From positions 165,478,001-165,542,000 of the forward strand of contig OX597816.1 in the NCBI GenBank assembly GCA_951406725.2: a stretch of 64,000 nt of DNA, read 5' to 3'. Shown here in pieces: positions 13,451-27,365 of the stretch. The translations under genes were made by a program, and so were the position numbers. Within the stretch, counting starts at the first letter, position 1, and the number at the start of each line of letters is the position of its first letter. Under the pieces are notes generated by a model. The model was not told the origin of the DNA. It did no database searches and was given only the letters and a program-made list of their open reading frames with translations. The stretch comes from Octopus vulgaris. Lineage: Eukaryota.

Positions 13451-13901
13451 CAGGCTATTTTCAGGGTCTATCTATGAAATCCACTCAAAAGGCTTTGGTA
13501 AGTCAGGCACTCGAGTAGAAGACACATGCTCAAGGTGCCATGCAGTGGGACTGAACCCAGAACCATGTGGTTGGGAAACAAACTTCTTACAACACAATCA
13601 TGCTTTCAAGTGTGTGTGTGTGTGTCACTGTTTGTATATGTGTGAAGTAATAAAAACAAGAAATACTCAATAATAGAGCACATTTTTTTTTTCCTTTTGT
13701 ATAGTACATATTTATATTATTCTTAAGCAAAAATCATATTGAAAGTGACTTAGTATATATATATTCTATAATTATATACCTAATTATAATAGGAATAGGG
13801 GCTAAATACGTTTTCTACTACCATAAAGGATCTTCAAGACAGTAAACACGCTTTTTTAACTTATGCAAAAAAAAAAATAATAATCCAAATGACTCAGATT
13901 A

Positions 13902-13965
13902 GCTATATACGCGTTTCAAGATTAAAGCAAAGTTATATTTACTTATTTCTCATCTTTAGTGTAGC
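13902..13965 (-). ncRNA. Hammerhead ribozyme relic (PLE-type) with G5A core substitution
   Basis: Minus strand: GCTACA-CTAAAGA-TGAGA..AAGTAAA..TTTGCTT..TCTT-GAAACGCGTA-TATAGC. Stem III is the palindrome ACGCGT and the triplet is GUA. The core reads CUAAAGA instead of CUGAAGA. Confidence 0.55.
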
Positions 13966-14195
13966 ATTTCAAAATATAAATTATCATTATATATATAGGT
14001 GCAGGAGTGCCTGAGTGGTAAGTAGCTTGCTTACCAGCCACATGGTTCTGGGTTCAGTCCCACTGCATGGCACCTTGGGCAAGTGTCTTCTACTATAGCC
14101 TTGGGTCGACCAAAACCTTGAGAGTGGATTTGGCAGACTGAAACTGAAAGAAGCCCATCATATATATTTTTTTCATAGCGTTTTTCCGATGGTCG

Positions 14196-14256
14196 GATAA
14201 CTGAAGAGATGGCGGTGGGGATTTCCACCCAGACATCCGAAACTCGGAGTTTTATC
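14196..14256 (+). ncRNA. Hammerhead ribozyme-like motif (PLE-type), near intact
   Basis: Reads GATAA-CTGAAGA-GATG..GGTGGGG att TCCACC..CATC-C-GAAAC-TCGGA-GTT-TTATC. Stem I is GATAA/TTATC, stem III is near-palindromic ACTC(G)GAGT, and the triplet is GUU. Stem II register is off by one base. The fragment ends in (TA)n. Confidence 0.55.
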
Positions 14257-14348
14257 ATGGCTACCGAATAATTGTCACATATTAAATTTACAGATAAATT
14301 CCTCTATTTACATAATATCGAGGTCTCGTTCTTTCTTTTATCTTACCG

Positions 14349-14388
<40 letters not shown>

Positions 14389-14389
14389 A

Positions 14390-14422
<33 letters not shown>

Positions 14423-15121
14423 AATAAAATAAACAGTTTTGACACAGAATTTATTTCTCTTTAAACATTTTCTTTCTTGACTTCACAATAGAGTCATGTG
14501 ATTAGTGCCATTAACAAACATGGAGGCATCTGAACACTACACCATTTACACTTCATTTCTGCATTGAATACTACTTCTTTGGAAAACTACACACAAATAC
14601 ATACACATGGAATGGTGAGAGGTACATAAATTGAAAAAGAGACAAATGATGTGGGGGAGAGAGGTGTGAGAGAAAGAGGCAATGCATCCAAGTGCGTAAT
14701 CCAAACACTAATTGACTATTTCTTAGGATCCATAGTAATGTATACATGTAAAAGTGTATGCATGCATGTGTGTGTGTGTGTTTGTATGCATGGCAATAAA
14801 TGAAGATACACAGTTAACTGTGAGATTGACTTATAAATGAAGATACAGGACAAGCAAAGATTGGAATGGAATGGGAGAGTCGTATGAAATGCCTCCAGTA
14901 GGAATTAAGATGTGCATCATCTGTTGTGTTAATTATTTGCTGAGAGCAACTGCAAGTATGTGCGTCAGAGTGTGTAAATGTGTATTTATTTAAGAATTGC
15001 AATAATTCTCGGAAAAATAATTAACAGAAAACATGGTGCATGTTTTTTAATTTCTGGAAACTTCTGTGATGAAGAAAAAACTAAGTAACCAATTTTATAT
15101 TCAAGACAGTAGAAAGAACAG

Positions 15122-16250
15122 TTAATCCTTTTGTTACTGTATTTATTTTGAGATGTTCTGTGTTTCTTTCAATTACTATAAATATTACAAAGAATTTAGT
15201 AAAATAACTTGGTTATCATTAAGCTAGTGTTAGGAACATAAATTGTGACTAAGGTTTAGTGGAAGATTTGAATTCAAAACTTATGAAAACAAGACATTTG
15301 TACTACAGAGCCAGAAGGGGTTTCAACTGGGTTGGTATCAAAAGGGTTAACCCTTTTGTTACTGTATTTATTTTGAAATGCTCTGTGTTTATTTCAATTA
15401 CTTTAAATATAACAAAGAAATTAGTAAAATAACTTAGTTATTATTAAGCTAGTGTTAGGAACATAAATTGTGACTAAGGTTTAGTGGAAGATTTGAATTC
15501 AAAACTTATGAAAACAAGACATTTGTACTACAGAGCCAGAAGAGGTTTCAACTGGGTTGGTATCAAAAGGGTTAACCCTTTTGTTACTGTATTTATTTTG
15601 AAATGCTCTGTGTTTATTTCAATTACTTTAAATATAACAAAGAAATTAGTAAAATAACTTAGTTATTATTAAGCTAGTGTTAGGAACATAAATTGTGACT
15701 AAGGTCTAGTGGAAGATTTGAATTCAAAACTTATGAAAACAAGACATTTGTACTACAGAGCCAGAAGGGGTTTCAACTGGGTTGGTATCAAAAGGGTTAA
15801 CCCTTTTGTTACTGTATTTATTTTGAAATGTTCTGTGTTTCTTTCAATTACTATAAATATTACAAAGAATTTAGTAAAATAACTTGGTTATCATTAAGCT
15901 AGTGTTAGGAACATAAATTGTGACTAAGGTTTAGTGGAAGATTTGAATTCAAAACTTATGAAAACAAGACATTTGTACTACAGAGCCAGAAGGGGTTTCA
16001 ACTGGGTTGGTATCAAAAGGGTTAACCCTTTTGTTACTGTATTTATTTTGAAATGCTCTGTGTTTATTTCAATTACTTTAAATATAACAAAGAAATTAGT
16101 AAAATAACTTAGTTATTATTAAGCTCGTATTAGGAACGTAAATTATGACTAAGGTTTGGTGGAATATTTTAATTCAAAACTTAAGAAAACAAGACATTTG
16201 TATTAAAGAGCCAGAGCCAGTTTCAGCCGGGTTGGTATCAAAAGGGTTAA
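15122..16250. mobile_element. Tandem array of five 221-bp piggyBac-type MITEs sharing single TTAA junctions
   Basis: Units are 15126-15346, 15351-15571, 15576-15796, 15801-16021 and 16026-16246. Each is CCCTTTTG...CAAAAGGG, separated by TTAA, with a 225-bp period. Confidence 0.92.
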
Positions 16251-16997
16251 AGACAAAGAAAGACTGATACACTGAGCCAGAGGAGGACTGATGTAATACT
16301 TAACCCTTCAGCATTTCAATTACTCTGTCAGATGTAATCTTTATTCATAATGTTTTGAATTAATCAAGCATTATCTCATAGCTCTGAGATTTCCATGATG
16401 TGATTGTCTATTTTTAGAATGGCATTACTGGGTAGGCGTAAGAGGCTAGATCTGGCAGGTTTGGACATAAAACAAGTAGGATATCTGGGCTAGGTGTGTC
16501 CAGGATTAACGTCAAAGGTCAACAACAACAGTGGCATCATTGTGTCTTTGGCATTGTCATCATCAGCGTTTGAGTGTTGGCATGGATTGGACAGTTTTAC
16601 AGAGGCAGTGTTCTTACACCAGATGCCCTTACTTCTTGCCAGCCCTTTTAGTTGCCTCTCCTGGCAACACAGAGATGCAGAAGGCTTTCTCTAAAACTAG
16701 GATACTCATGGTAAACGGCCCTTGTAAATTTGTATGTCTCTCTTAAACTTTTACTTATTTCAGTTATTAGACTACGGCCCAAATGAATCAACCAGAGTAC
16801 ATAGTTTTTAAAGCCTGATATATATATTCTCTCAGCCTCTTTTACCAAACCACTAAGTTATGGGGACATAAACAAACCAACAATGGTTGTCAAGTGGTGA
16901 TGGGTGACAAACACAGAAAGACACACTCACACAGATATACACATACTTTTATTAAATAGCTGTCTAAATATACTCCTTCCTGTTGACTATTTATTCA

Positions 16998-17035
<38 letters not shown>

Positions 17036-17153
17036 GCATAAGGATAAAATCTATATAAGAATTTATCAAGTAGTCAGCATGAAAAACGAGTTAAGGGGAA
17101 AATTTATACAAAATATAATTATTCCCTTTAAATATAAATACATTCATTATATT

Positions 17154-17390
17154 TACAGGGTCAGTCAAAAGTCACCCAACAGTAAATCAAAATTCCATAA
17201 ATACTATCTGTAATTCTGTATTGACTCGAATGGAAGAATGCGTCACTCAAGAATGTCTTCAAATTGAACAATTTCCATGATGGTTCATATTTAGATGATT
17301 TTATTAAATTCATTCAGTTGTTAAACGTAAATAAATCTTGGAATTAAATAGTTTTGATTTACTATCAGATAACTTTTGGCCAACCCTATA
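17154..17390. mobile_element. Tc1/mariner-type MITE
   Basis: TA-CAGGGTCAGTCAAAAGTCACCCAACAGTAAATCAAAA ... TTTTGATTTACTATCAGATAACTTTTGGCCAACCCTA-TA: about 37-bp imperfect TIRs and a TA target duplication. Confidence 0.7.
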
Positions 17391-17454
17391 TATATATATG
17401 TGTGTGTCTGTGTGTGTGTATATATATATTCAAAATGTGTCGTGTGTGTACCGT

Positions 17455-17637
17455 TGACGATTTTTTTTTCCTCCGTCTTCCCTTCTTTGGATCTTTCCTT
17501 TTCCTATGCTTCTGATGAAGAGCTCCGCTCAAAACATTAAATCCTCCTTCTTTCCTGAGTGTCCAATAATACTATACTTGTTCCCCGTCCTCGCGTTGCT
17601 GTGTTTTCTCTTTGTGTTTTCATGTTTGGATTAACTT

Positions 17638-17640
<3 letters not shown>
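17455..17640 (+). mobile_element. PLE-like remnant with decayed minimal hammerhead (17512-17540)
   Basis: CTGATGA-AGAGC-TCC-GCTC-AAAACATTAAA, where GAAACGT has decayed by CpG-type changes. The fragment ends in (TA)n at 17641. Confidence 0.45.
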
Positions 17641-17672
<32 letters not shown>

Positions 17673-20600
17673 GTACCTCAGTTTTCAAACAACTCTGATC
17701 ACGAATAAATCATACTTTATATATGTATATGTGTGTGTGTCATCACCTTCATCATCACTTAACATCCATTTTCCATGCTGGCATGGGTTGCATGGTTTGA
17801 TAGGAGCTACCAAGAAGGAGAGCAGCACCAGGCTTTATTTGTTTGCTTTGGCAGGGTTTCTCTGTTTGCATGCTCTTCCTAACACCAACCACTTTACAGT
17901 GCACTGCGTTGGTTTTACATGGCACCAACACCAGTGCGTTTTACATGGCACTGCACATATATTTCGGAGTCATTGGCTTAAATTGTTAGATCAACACTAG
18001 AAGTTAATCCAAGATTAGCATGAGATGCCATGATCCTCAATCCACAAATTCACACCCACGCACAAGCACACTAGTAATAGCAGCCTGACTGTCTTCAAAT
18101 TACAACCCCTACCATCTTAGAACATATTGGACAATGTGAAGCTGGATTATCTGCACAAACGAACTATATGATTGCCATAGGTGGAATGTCTCTGACCACA
18201 GGTCTGACTCAGATGAACTGAGGTTATATAAGAACCACACACAAGCATATTCACTACATACTCAAATGCTATTTGTGTGTCTTTGTAACTATGTTTTAAG
18301 CATTCAAAATTCGATATTGTAGACCAAAAAAGAAAACAGCAACCTTAAATGATGATATATTTTTAGCAATGAATTAGATAAAAATAGTAAGGATGTGTGT
18401 GTGTGTGTGTGTGTGTGTGGTAGGATGAAAGGTGAGATGAGGTGAATACACATTTCACCAATGAAAAATTTCTATGACATTTGTAACAGAGAAAGAGATA
18501 GGGAGAAGAGACAAGACAAGTGGATTAATTATGGTGACATTATGATAATATTATCATCATCATATATGTTTATCACTATGTATTAACTGATAAGCAATAA
18601 AGGAACCCACCTAACTGAGAAACTAGTCAGTTGGACGAGAAAAGGTCAAACTCAGAATGATGAGATAACACAAGCTGATAGAAAAACCACTTCATTTATT
18701 GACTAAACTTAGCATTTCTTCCACCACATTTGTTTAAATATATATTTACCACATGCCAGAAGTTCTCTTCTTTAAAATGACAAGAATTGCATCATAAAAA
18801 GAGATTAAAAAAATCTGGCGGTATTCTTACCCTGATATTAAACCATTTTGCGGCAGTTATATTTATCAGTAAGGTCTTATATATCTGGTCACTTTTACCT
18901 CACACTGAATCAACTGGGGGCAATCTTGGCATGTTGGGACGTCCCAATTTTCTGAAAGGTCTAACCTTATCTGAAACTAACTCTTCTTGAAATACACCAA
19001 CACAATTCTTAACTTGCCTAGATATCCTTTCCTCTTGATCACTTTTTTGGGGTTTTTTTGTCTTTTATCCCATGCATTAGGAATGGACTTCTAACATTCA
19101 TTGCAGTCTTTTTTTTTTTTTATCTAACTTATTGCTGCTTTTTGTCAACTCTTTTACCCTTTACCAATATGCTGTAGTGAACCTGAGCACACTACGAGAA
19201 GCTTATTTTCAAAACCAGTACAAGTGCATTTGGTCAATTTCATGATAACCATTGAAACAATCTGCAAGCTGCTGGCTTCACCTTCATGGAATTTTCTTCA
19301 GTCTAACTTGGGAGAGATGCTATATCTTTGGCATTCGGTTGGTTACGATGACGAGGGTTCCAGTTGATCCGATCAACGGAACAGCCTGCTCATGAAATTA
19401 ATGTGCAAGTGGCTGAGCACTCCACAGACATGTGTACCCTTAATGTAGTTCTCGGGGAAATTCAGCATGACACAGACTATGACAAGGCTGGCCCTTTGAA
19501 ATACAGGTATAACAGAAACATGAAGAGAGAAAGTTGTGGTGAAAGAATATGACAAGGTTAGACACCACACTCTGCCGGAGCCTCGTGGAGCTTTAGGTGT
19601 TTGCACTCAATAAACATTCACATTGCCTGGTCTGGGACTCGAAACCACGTTCCTATGACAGTGAATTTGTTGCCCTAACCACTGGGCCACTGCGCCTCCA
19701 CAGATGCCATATAGACAGTAGGCGTACCTTAGTCTTCCATTGTGTAATAGTTGTTGAATGCATGTCACTTTCATTTCCAATCTTCCATGAAAACATGTCT
19801 GGATACAGGGTAATGTTACCATATTTGGAAACATGTGAGGGCTAGTCACAAAAGAGTGGGGGCATCCTGCCTCAAAATCTGCCTCAGCTAATTCCATCCG
19901 GCCCATGCAAACATGAAAACGTCTATGTTAATATGATTGATGAAATTATATCTTTTCTATCTATCACTCATTTCAGTCATTAGACTGTGACCTTCCTGGG
20001 GCACCACCTTGAGGAATGTTTAGCTGAATGAAACAACCCCAGTATTCTATTGATCTCTTTTGCAAAACCATTTTGCAACACCGGTCACCAGGTGATGGTG
20101 GGAGACAGACAGACAGACACACACACACACAATGGGCTTCCATCTACTAAATCCACTCAGAAGGCTTTGGTCATTGGCCCAAGGCTATAGAAGATACTTG
20201 ACCGAGGTACCATGCAGTGGAACTGAACCCAGAACCATGTTGTTGGGAAGCAAGGTTCTTAGCACTCCTGTGCTTACACACACACATTGTGTTAAGAAGA
20301 TTAATTTGACTATTGGAATACAGCTTTTGAGAACTTGGTGGTCTAATGGTGGTCACACTGTCCAATTCAAACAATGGAGATAAAGTATTTAAAGATGGAC
20401 AGAGAAACCCCCCCCCCACCACCACCACCACCACCACACTCGAGATGCTTATAGTTTTGTTTGTAAGTCATGAATTTCAGCAATTACACTATGTACTCTT
20501 AGTAATAATAAATGGATTGAAGTGACCTGACTGGCATCAATGTTACTCACAGACACTCAACTTCTGGCCCCCACCCCGTAAGCACACTATCTCATCTCTC

Positions 20601-23600
20601 TGTTTCTACCACTTCCAAAATGGTCTCTGCTAAATGAAGCTGACTATTACACCCAGTCCATTCTTCTTGGAACGTTGGCCATCTAGAATCCCCATCCTGT
20701 ACATGTTGACTTCCAGAAGAGCAACAGGAAGATTAACACTTTTGATATCAAACTGCCTGAAACTGCCCCTGGTTCTAGGGTACAAAATTCTTGTTCTTAT
20801 GTTTCAAACATAGAGTCAATAAGTTCATCATCATCATCGTTTAAAGGCCTGCTTTCCATGCTGGCATGAGTTGGACAGTTTGACTGAGGACTGGCAAGCT
20901 GGGAGACCGCACCAGGCTCCAATCTGATCTGGCAAGGTTTCTACAGCTGGATACCCTTATTAACACCAACCACTCCAAGAGTGTAGTGGGTGCTTTTTAT
21001 GTGCCACCGGCATAGGGGCCAGTCAGGCAGCATTGGCATTGATCACGCTCGAATGGTGCTTTTTACATTCCACCAGCACAGGAGCTAGTCGGGCAGCACT
21101 GGCAAAAGCTATTTTATTAAATTTTCATTACTTTTAAAATTAATTGAAGCAAAGGCAGTGTTTCAACAGAAATTTGGTAATGAAAGGGTTAATGCCATTA
21201 GATTCTCTAGTCTGGGGTGGGGCACGTTAGGTTGCTGTGAAGACGAAGGGCAGCTAAAGTTTTGGAGGTAACAAAGGTGCTATTTTCAACAATCATGTAC
21301 AACACAATAGTGCTGGTGCCAAGTAAAACATTAGTGCTATGCCATCTAAAAAGTATTGGTGATGGTACCATGCAATAAGCACTGGCACTAGTGCCACCTA
21401 AAACACATTCAGTACACTGTGAAGTGGTTGGCATTAGGAAGGGCATCCAGCCGTAGAAACCATGACAAAACAGACTATGGAGTCTGGTACAGTCCCAACC
21501 ATACCAGTCCTGTCAAACTGGACAACCTACACCAGTATGGGAAACGGATGTTAAATGATGTACAAATGGTGTAGCAGGGTAAACTATGGAAATTACGGAA
21601 GTTATGCTCTTATTTTACTTTTGCTAAAAGAATACAATAACAGGCAAGAGTTAAGGAAAGAAGGGTTAGTCAGAGGAAGAGAAGGGGGGGGGAGACAGAC
21701 AGACAAACAGACAGAGACGAATTTGATGAAAACTGAGCATGATCATTGCCAGAGCAGCCAACTGGCCCCTGCGCCGGTGACACGTAAAAAGCATCCACTA
21801 CACTCTCGGAGTGGTTGGCATTAGGAAGGGCATCCAGCTGTAGAAACTCTGCCAGATCAAGATTGGAGCCTGGTGCAGCCGTCTGGTTCGCCAGCCCTCA
21901 GTCAAAATCGTCCAACCCATGCTAGCATGGAAGGCGGACATTAAATGATGATGATATGTACCAGGTTGGTGCTATCAATATATTAACCATTTATTCAAAA
22001 CCTGATTTACAATGGAATGATGCTATGGAGTGACGCAAAATAGTTCTGCATCAAGTCTCTACATTTGATGAATTAGTTTCTCTTTGGTTGATTTCTTCCA
22101 TATTTCTTTGAGAAAACCAGTTTCTTTTATTTTAGAAAAGATAGTGGTAGTGATGATTTTACAGTTTCATTAGAGGATGGAGCCACGTAAAAAGCACCGA
22201 GTACATTCTGCAAAGCGGCTGGCATTAGGACGGGCATCCAGCCATTGAAACCATGCCAAAACAGATAACTGTAGTCCAGTGCAGCTGTCAGGCTTGCCAA
22301 CTCCTGTCAAACAATTCGACTCATGCCAGCACAGAAAGCAGATGTTAAAAGATGATGATAATGGTCACAAGACTGAAAACCATCTGATTGAATTATGAAA
22401 TACAAGACTAATAGAATTATTAAGTATTACAAGAAGAAATGGCAATGAAAAGAAGCCAAAAGAGTAAATCTATCAATGGTTGGGTTGAATGAAAGACACT
22501 GTTGGCAGATATTATATCAGATTGGCAAGAATATGGTAAATATCCAAGAATTAGACAAGGCTCTAATGTGAGTGTGAGAGTGCACTTGTATGAATGCACA
22601 TGTGCATGCATGCCTGCATGCATGAGTGTCTCCACAAAGATATGAATTTATTGCTTTTGTTTATTTCAACAAAAAAACTTGCAAATATTTCAATTAAAAA
22701 TAAAGAATTATAATTCTGCCAACTGAATCGAAGTGATGGAAATCAAATTTAACTCTTTTGCTGCCAAACCAGCTGTTTTGAAGAACTCAATGCTTAAACT
22801 GAAATTCCCCCATCATAATACCATTTCAGAACTTTTTTTTTTTTAGTAAATTATGGTCTGACTTTTTTACTTGTTTCAATCATTAGACCAAGGCCATGCT
22901 GGGGCACTGCCTTGAGGAATTTTAGTTAAATGAATTAATGCCAATACCTTTTTTTTTAAAGTCTGGAACTTATTTCTATCAGTCTCTTTTGTCAAACTTC
23001 TAAGTTAGAGGAAGATAAACATACTAACAACAGTTATGAAGCAGTGGTGGGAGACAACCACAAAGACACACACGTGACAGGCTTCTTTCAGTTTCCATCT
23101 ACTAAATTCACCCACACTAAAAGACACTTGCCCAAGATGCCATGCAGTGGAACTGAACCCCAAAACCATGTGTTAATTCATGTTCCAAAAACCAGGTAAA
23201 TAACTTTAATGTTATTTTATTAAATTCTTCAACATATTTCAACAGAAACAGGGGTTTATTAGAACTGGCCTAAGGTTAAACAAAAACTACCCATTCATTA
23301 TATTTAATTAAAAATCATTTAACTAAATCCCTCCAAATTCTTAATTACTTTCCGGGTCCACAAAGGGCTGTTATCTTTATCTTTTACTTGTTCCAGTCTT
23401 TAGACAGTGTCCAAAATGTTTAGTCGAACAAATTAACCCAAGTACTTATGCATTTAAGCCAGGTACTTATTCTATGTATCTCTTTTGTCAAGCTACTAAG
23501 TTACAGAACATAAACCAACACCAGTTGTCAGGAATTGGTAGGCGACAAACATATATACAATGAACTTTCAGTTTCTGTCTACTCACAAGGCTTTGGTCGG

Positions 23601-24769
23601 CCTGGGGATATAGTAAAAGATACTTGCCCAAGGTGCCACTGTGTAGGCCTGAACCCAAGACCATGTGGTTAGGAAGTAAACTTCTTAACTACACATCCAT
23701 GCCTGGCCAATTCCAATGACAAACACTTCTGCAAAAACAGGCATGGCTGTGTGGTAAGAAGTTTGCTTCCCAACCACATGGCTCTGGGTTCAGTTCCACT
23801 GGGTGGTACCATAAGCAGGTGTCATCTACTATAATGTTGGGCTGACCAAAGTCTAGAGAGTGGAATTGGTAGACAGAAACTTAAAGAAGCCTGCTTTATA
23901 TATGTGCATGTGTGTGTGTGTGTGTGTGTGTGCCCCAGCATGGCCACAGTCTAATGACTGAAATAAGTAAAAGATTAGTCAAAGTATTATACACATTTGA
24001 GGGTAGACATTCGTGTGTGTGCGTGTGTGCATGTTTGCTGAGGGGGGCAAGTTAAGGAAAGAAAGGGACAAATAGAAACAATTCATCCATTGTCCATTGT
24101 ACAGGTAAAAATTGTAACTGGAGAGATCTAGACTTAACCCTAACCCATTAGTAAGATGAAACAGCAGAAACAAAATTACACAGGAACTGGTAAATAATCT
24201 ACCACCACAACCAACCACTACAGCTAGACAGGAGAATAAAGACACTACTGATTCTATATAACATTATAATATGTCTGATTTTTTCTTTTATCCTTCATAA
24301 TAATAATAAGTCAGAAAACATGAAATTATTTTTCTAAATAGTTTGCCAATCCCACCACCATCCTCCTATTTCTAGTACAGACAGGACAAGTCATTACTAT
24401 TCAAGTGGGAGTTTGAAGTTACAACCGTCCAAGTTGTGACAAAGGACCACATCTCACTTGGGGCATTTCATTTTTAACATTCTTTCTACAGCCTGATGCC
24501 CTTGCTGTACTCCAACGCTTCACCAAGTGTGTTCGGGGCAATTTATTGTGACACCAGCACTAGAGAAACTGTCATGTCCACAAAAAGATTAAAGTATACT
24601 CTACACCCCTAGAGTGTGTCTGCTCATTCACCTGAAATCATGTGCTGTTGAGTTCAAAGCCCATGGCAGGCCACCTTGGGCAAACATTGGTCAACTAATG
24701 CCTTGTGCATGGATTATATAGGCAGCAACTGCGTGAAATCCTGCCATGATTGACTGCTAAATCCACAAA

Positions 24770-25190
24770 TTATTTTTTATTTTCTCTCTATTTATTTGTG
24801 TTCCCTTCTGTTGAAGAGCGCAGGCTCAAAACATAAAACACTTTCTCACCTTACCAAGTGTCAAACTAATACACCTGCTTGTTGTTTATACACCTGTCTT
24901 CGTCTTTTGCTTTTCTGCAAATTTCAATGTATATATATAATATTATTGGCCTGCTCGCTTAGCCAGCAGTGTGGCGTCATTTGAAGGCTAAAACAATGCA
25001 AAGCACATTGTGACCAGCGATGTGTAGCAACATCTGATAGCCTGGTCACTCACGAGGTCACGAGATATATTATAGTTCAAATTTATAGAAAAACAAAAGA
25101 CAAAGACAGGTGTAGGAACAACACTCAGGAAAAATGAAAAAGTCTTTTACATTACAAGCCTATGCTCTTCAGCAGAAAGGAATAAGAATA
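24770..25190. mobile_element. Tail-to-tail inverted pair of PLE-like remnants with decayed minimal hammerheads
   Basis: CTGTTGAAGAGCGCAGGCTCAAAACATAAAA starts at 24808(+). The reverse copy (gtcttttacattacaagcctatgctcttcagcagaaagg) starts at about 25142. The inner ends cacctgtcttcgtcttttg and caaaagacaaagacaggtg are reverse complements. Confidence 0.5.
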
Positions 25191-25986
25191 AAGTGTATGT
25201 GTGTGTATACAAACACACACATATTGGAGCTTGATGCAGCCCTCCACCTTTTGTCAAAACTTTCAATCCATGCCAGCATGGAAAACAGACGTTAATTGGT
25301 TGTGGTGGTGCTGGTGTGTGTGGGTGGGTGTCTTGTCACTGCATGCCAACAGTAAACAGCATTTTCATAAAAAGAGGTGACATTTGCAGTTTTCTGCCGA
25401 GACATGTTCACACTAGGAGTGTGAAAAAGGTGGGCCATGACATGTATGCCAAGCATGGAAAAGAAGGTACGGAAATGCCAATAATGATGACAATGATGAT
25501 GATGATGATGGTGGTTTCATTTGTGAACACATGACTATACAATAAATGGTTTGTAACCAAATGAATTAAAAACAGTGAATAGGTGTGAGTAGATGCAGCA
25601 GACTTGTGCAACCATTCCAACAAATTGCATCCATTTTTACCATTTTCTCATCTAGGCATGATGGATAGAAGTCTACCTACAAGTAATGAAATATTGATTA
25701 AAAATATCGATTAATTCAAGGTTTTTTTTTTTCTTTCTTTCTTTTTAACTTTTCTTTTTCATTTTGGTCTTCCATATTTCTTCATTTCTTCTCCTTGAAT
25801 TTCTTTACTTCTTTGCAAGAACTCTCATGTCAGTTAAACATTTTTCAACAATTAACACACACACACACTAATAAAACAAAACCACATCAAATCTCAGACA
25901 GACATATTTCACTTTTATACAAGTTACTGAAGTTCCATGTGCCGTGCTTCACTGAAACTATGTGTCATACACACACACACACACAC

Positions 25987-26023
<37 letters not shown>

Positions 26024-26035
26024 TTTGTGCTTGTA

Positions 26036-26086
<51 letters not shown>

Positions 26087-26349
26087 ATACAAGTACAAAT
26101 GCATATACATTACACACACATAAACATGGCTAGATCAATATATATTTCTTACTACCAATATGCCAGCTTCCATGTGACACTGTACTTCCATTCCCGCAAG
26201 ACACAATTACTGTTTGCAGACAATAAACTCTGGAAAACTAAATAGCTAAAGCAATTTTTTTTGGTGTTAGACTATCTTGTGATTCTGAGATAAACAACAA
26301 CAACATATTACATTCAATGAAAGATGATGATATATATATATATACATAG

Positions 26350-26387
<38 letters not shown>

Positions 26388-26646
26388 ATACAAATATATA
26401 TATATATACATACAAATATCATCATCATCATCATATCATCGTTTAACGTCCGCTATTCCATGACGTTAATATATATATTTATATAAAAATTATATATATA
26501 TATATATACACACACACACAAATATATATATTATTTATATATATTTATATAAAAATTACATATATATATATATATATATATATACATACAAATATATATA
26601 TTATTTATAAATATTTACATAAAAATTATATATATATATGCATAAA

Positions 26647-27320
26647 TGGGTATAGGACGTCACCAACAGTAAACAACATGAGATACAAAAACAAATGAGT
26701 TCAATACGCGAACGGGAGAAAAAATGGAAAGGGACAAAGCTTAACCTTTTTGATGCAACTCTATACTGTTTTTTCTCCCATCCGTCTATAATTCCCTTTT
26801 TCTCCCTCTCACTGTCTTCTGTCTCTCTCCCTTTTTCCCTCTTTTTCTCTCTCTCATTACTCACACATGACCATCTTCCATCTTTCTTTTTTTTCACGTT
26901 ACCATATTTCTTTTCTACCAGGACATCCTAAGGACTGGACGTCTTATATCTCTCTCTTCTGTCTTCCTCTTTCCAAAGAAAACATTTCTCCAGCGTTCAC
27001 TATTTTACCCGCGTTCTGGTCTAACGACCCTCCATGTTTTCGTACGGTTTACTTGTATGTCTCCAACTGCCCTGTTTTTGTTCCCAACTTTGACCCTACA
27101 TAAATCCAAAATTTTATTTTGGTATTTTTGGGAGCAACTGTCTTCGAAGACACGTTGTTGTTCCATGCTCGAAATAAGGAGTAGATAGACAGCCGACAAC
27201 TTATGAAGGGTGGTTCTTTGTGTTACTTGTCCTGTTTTCCATTATTTTCCCTTGTTGTTTATGTATTTAACTTATTTGTTTTTGTATTTCATGTCATTTA
27301 CTGTTGGTGACATCCTGTAC

Positions 27321-27324
<4 letters not shown>
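26647..27324. repeat. Diverged inverted repeat (about 90-bp arms) between (TA)n tracts, PLE/MITE-like
   Basis: atgggtataggacgtcaccaacagtaaacaacatgagatacaaaaacaaat pairs with atttgtttttgtatttcatgtcatttactgttggtgacatcctgtacccat. Confidence 0.75.

Positions 27325-27365
<41 letters not shown>

Noticed and set aside
15122-16250. CRISPR-like array (also considered for 39436-39828 and 10471-10685)
   Set aside because: There are no unique spacers and no cas genes, and the context is eukaryotic. These are plain tandem repeats.
18760-19200. Possible additional old LINE 3' end (ends gtgaacctgagcac, similar to the CR1 tail near 53540)
   Set aside because: Too decayed to recover a convincing peptide motif by eye.
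19620-19700. tRNA-like sequences (also 41041-41115 and 45775-45842)
   Set aside because: A/B-box-like motifs continue directly into shared SINE bodies and no full cloverleaf acceptor stem is evident. These are SINE heads, not tRNA genes.
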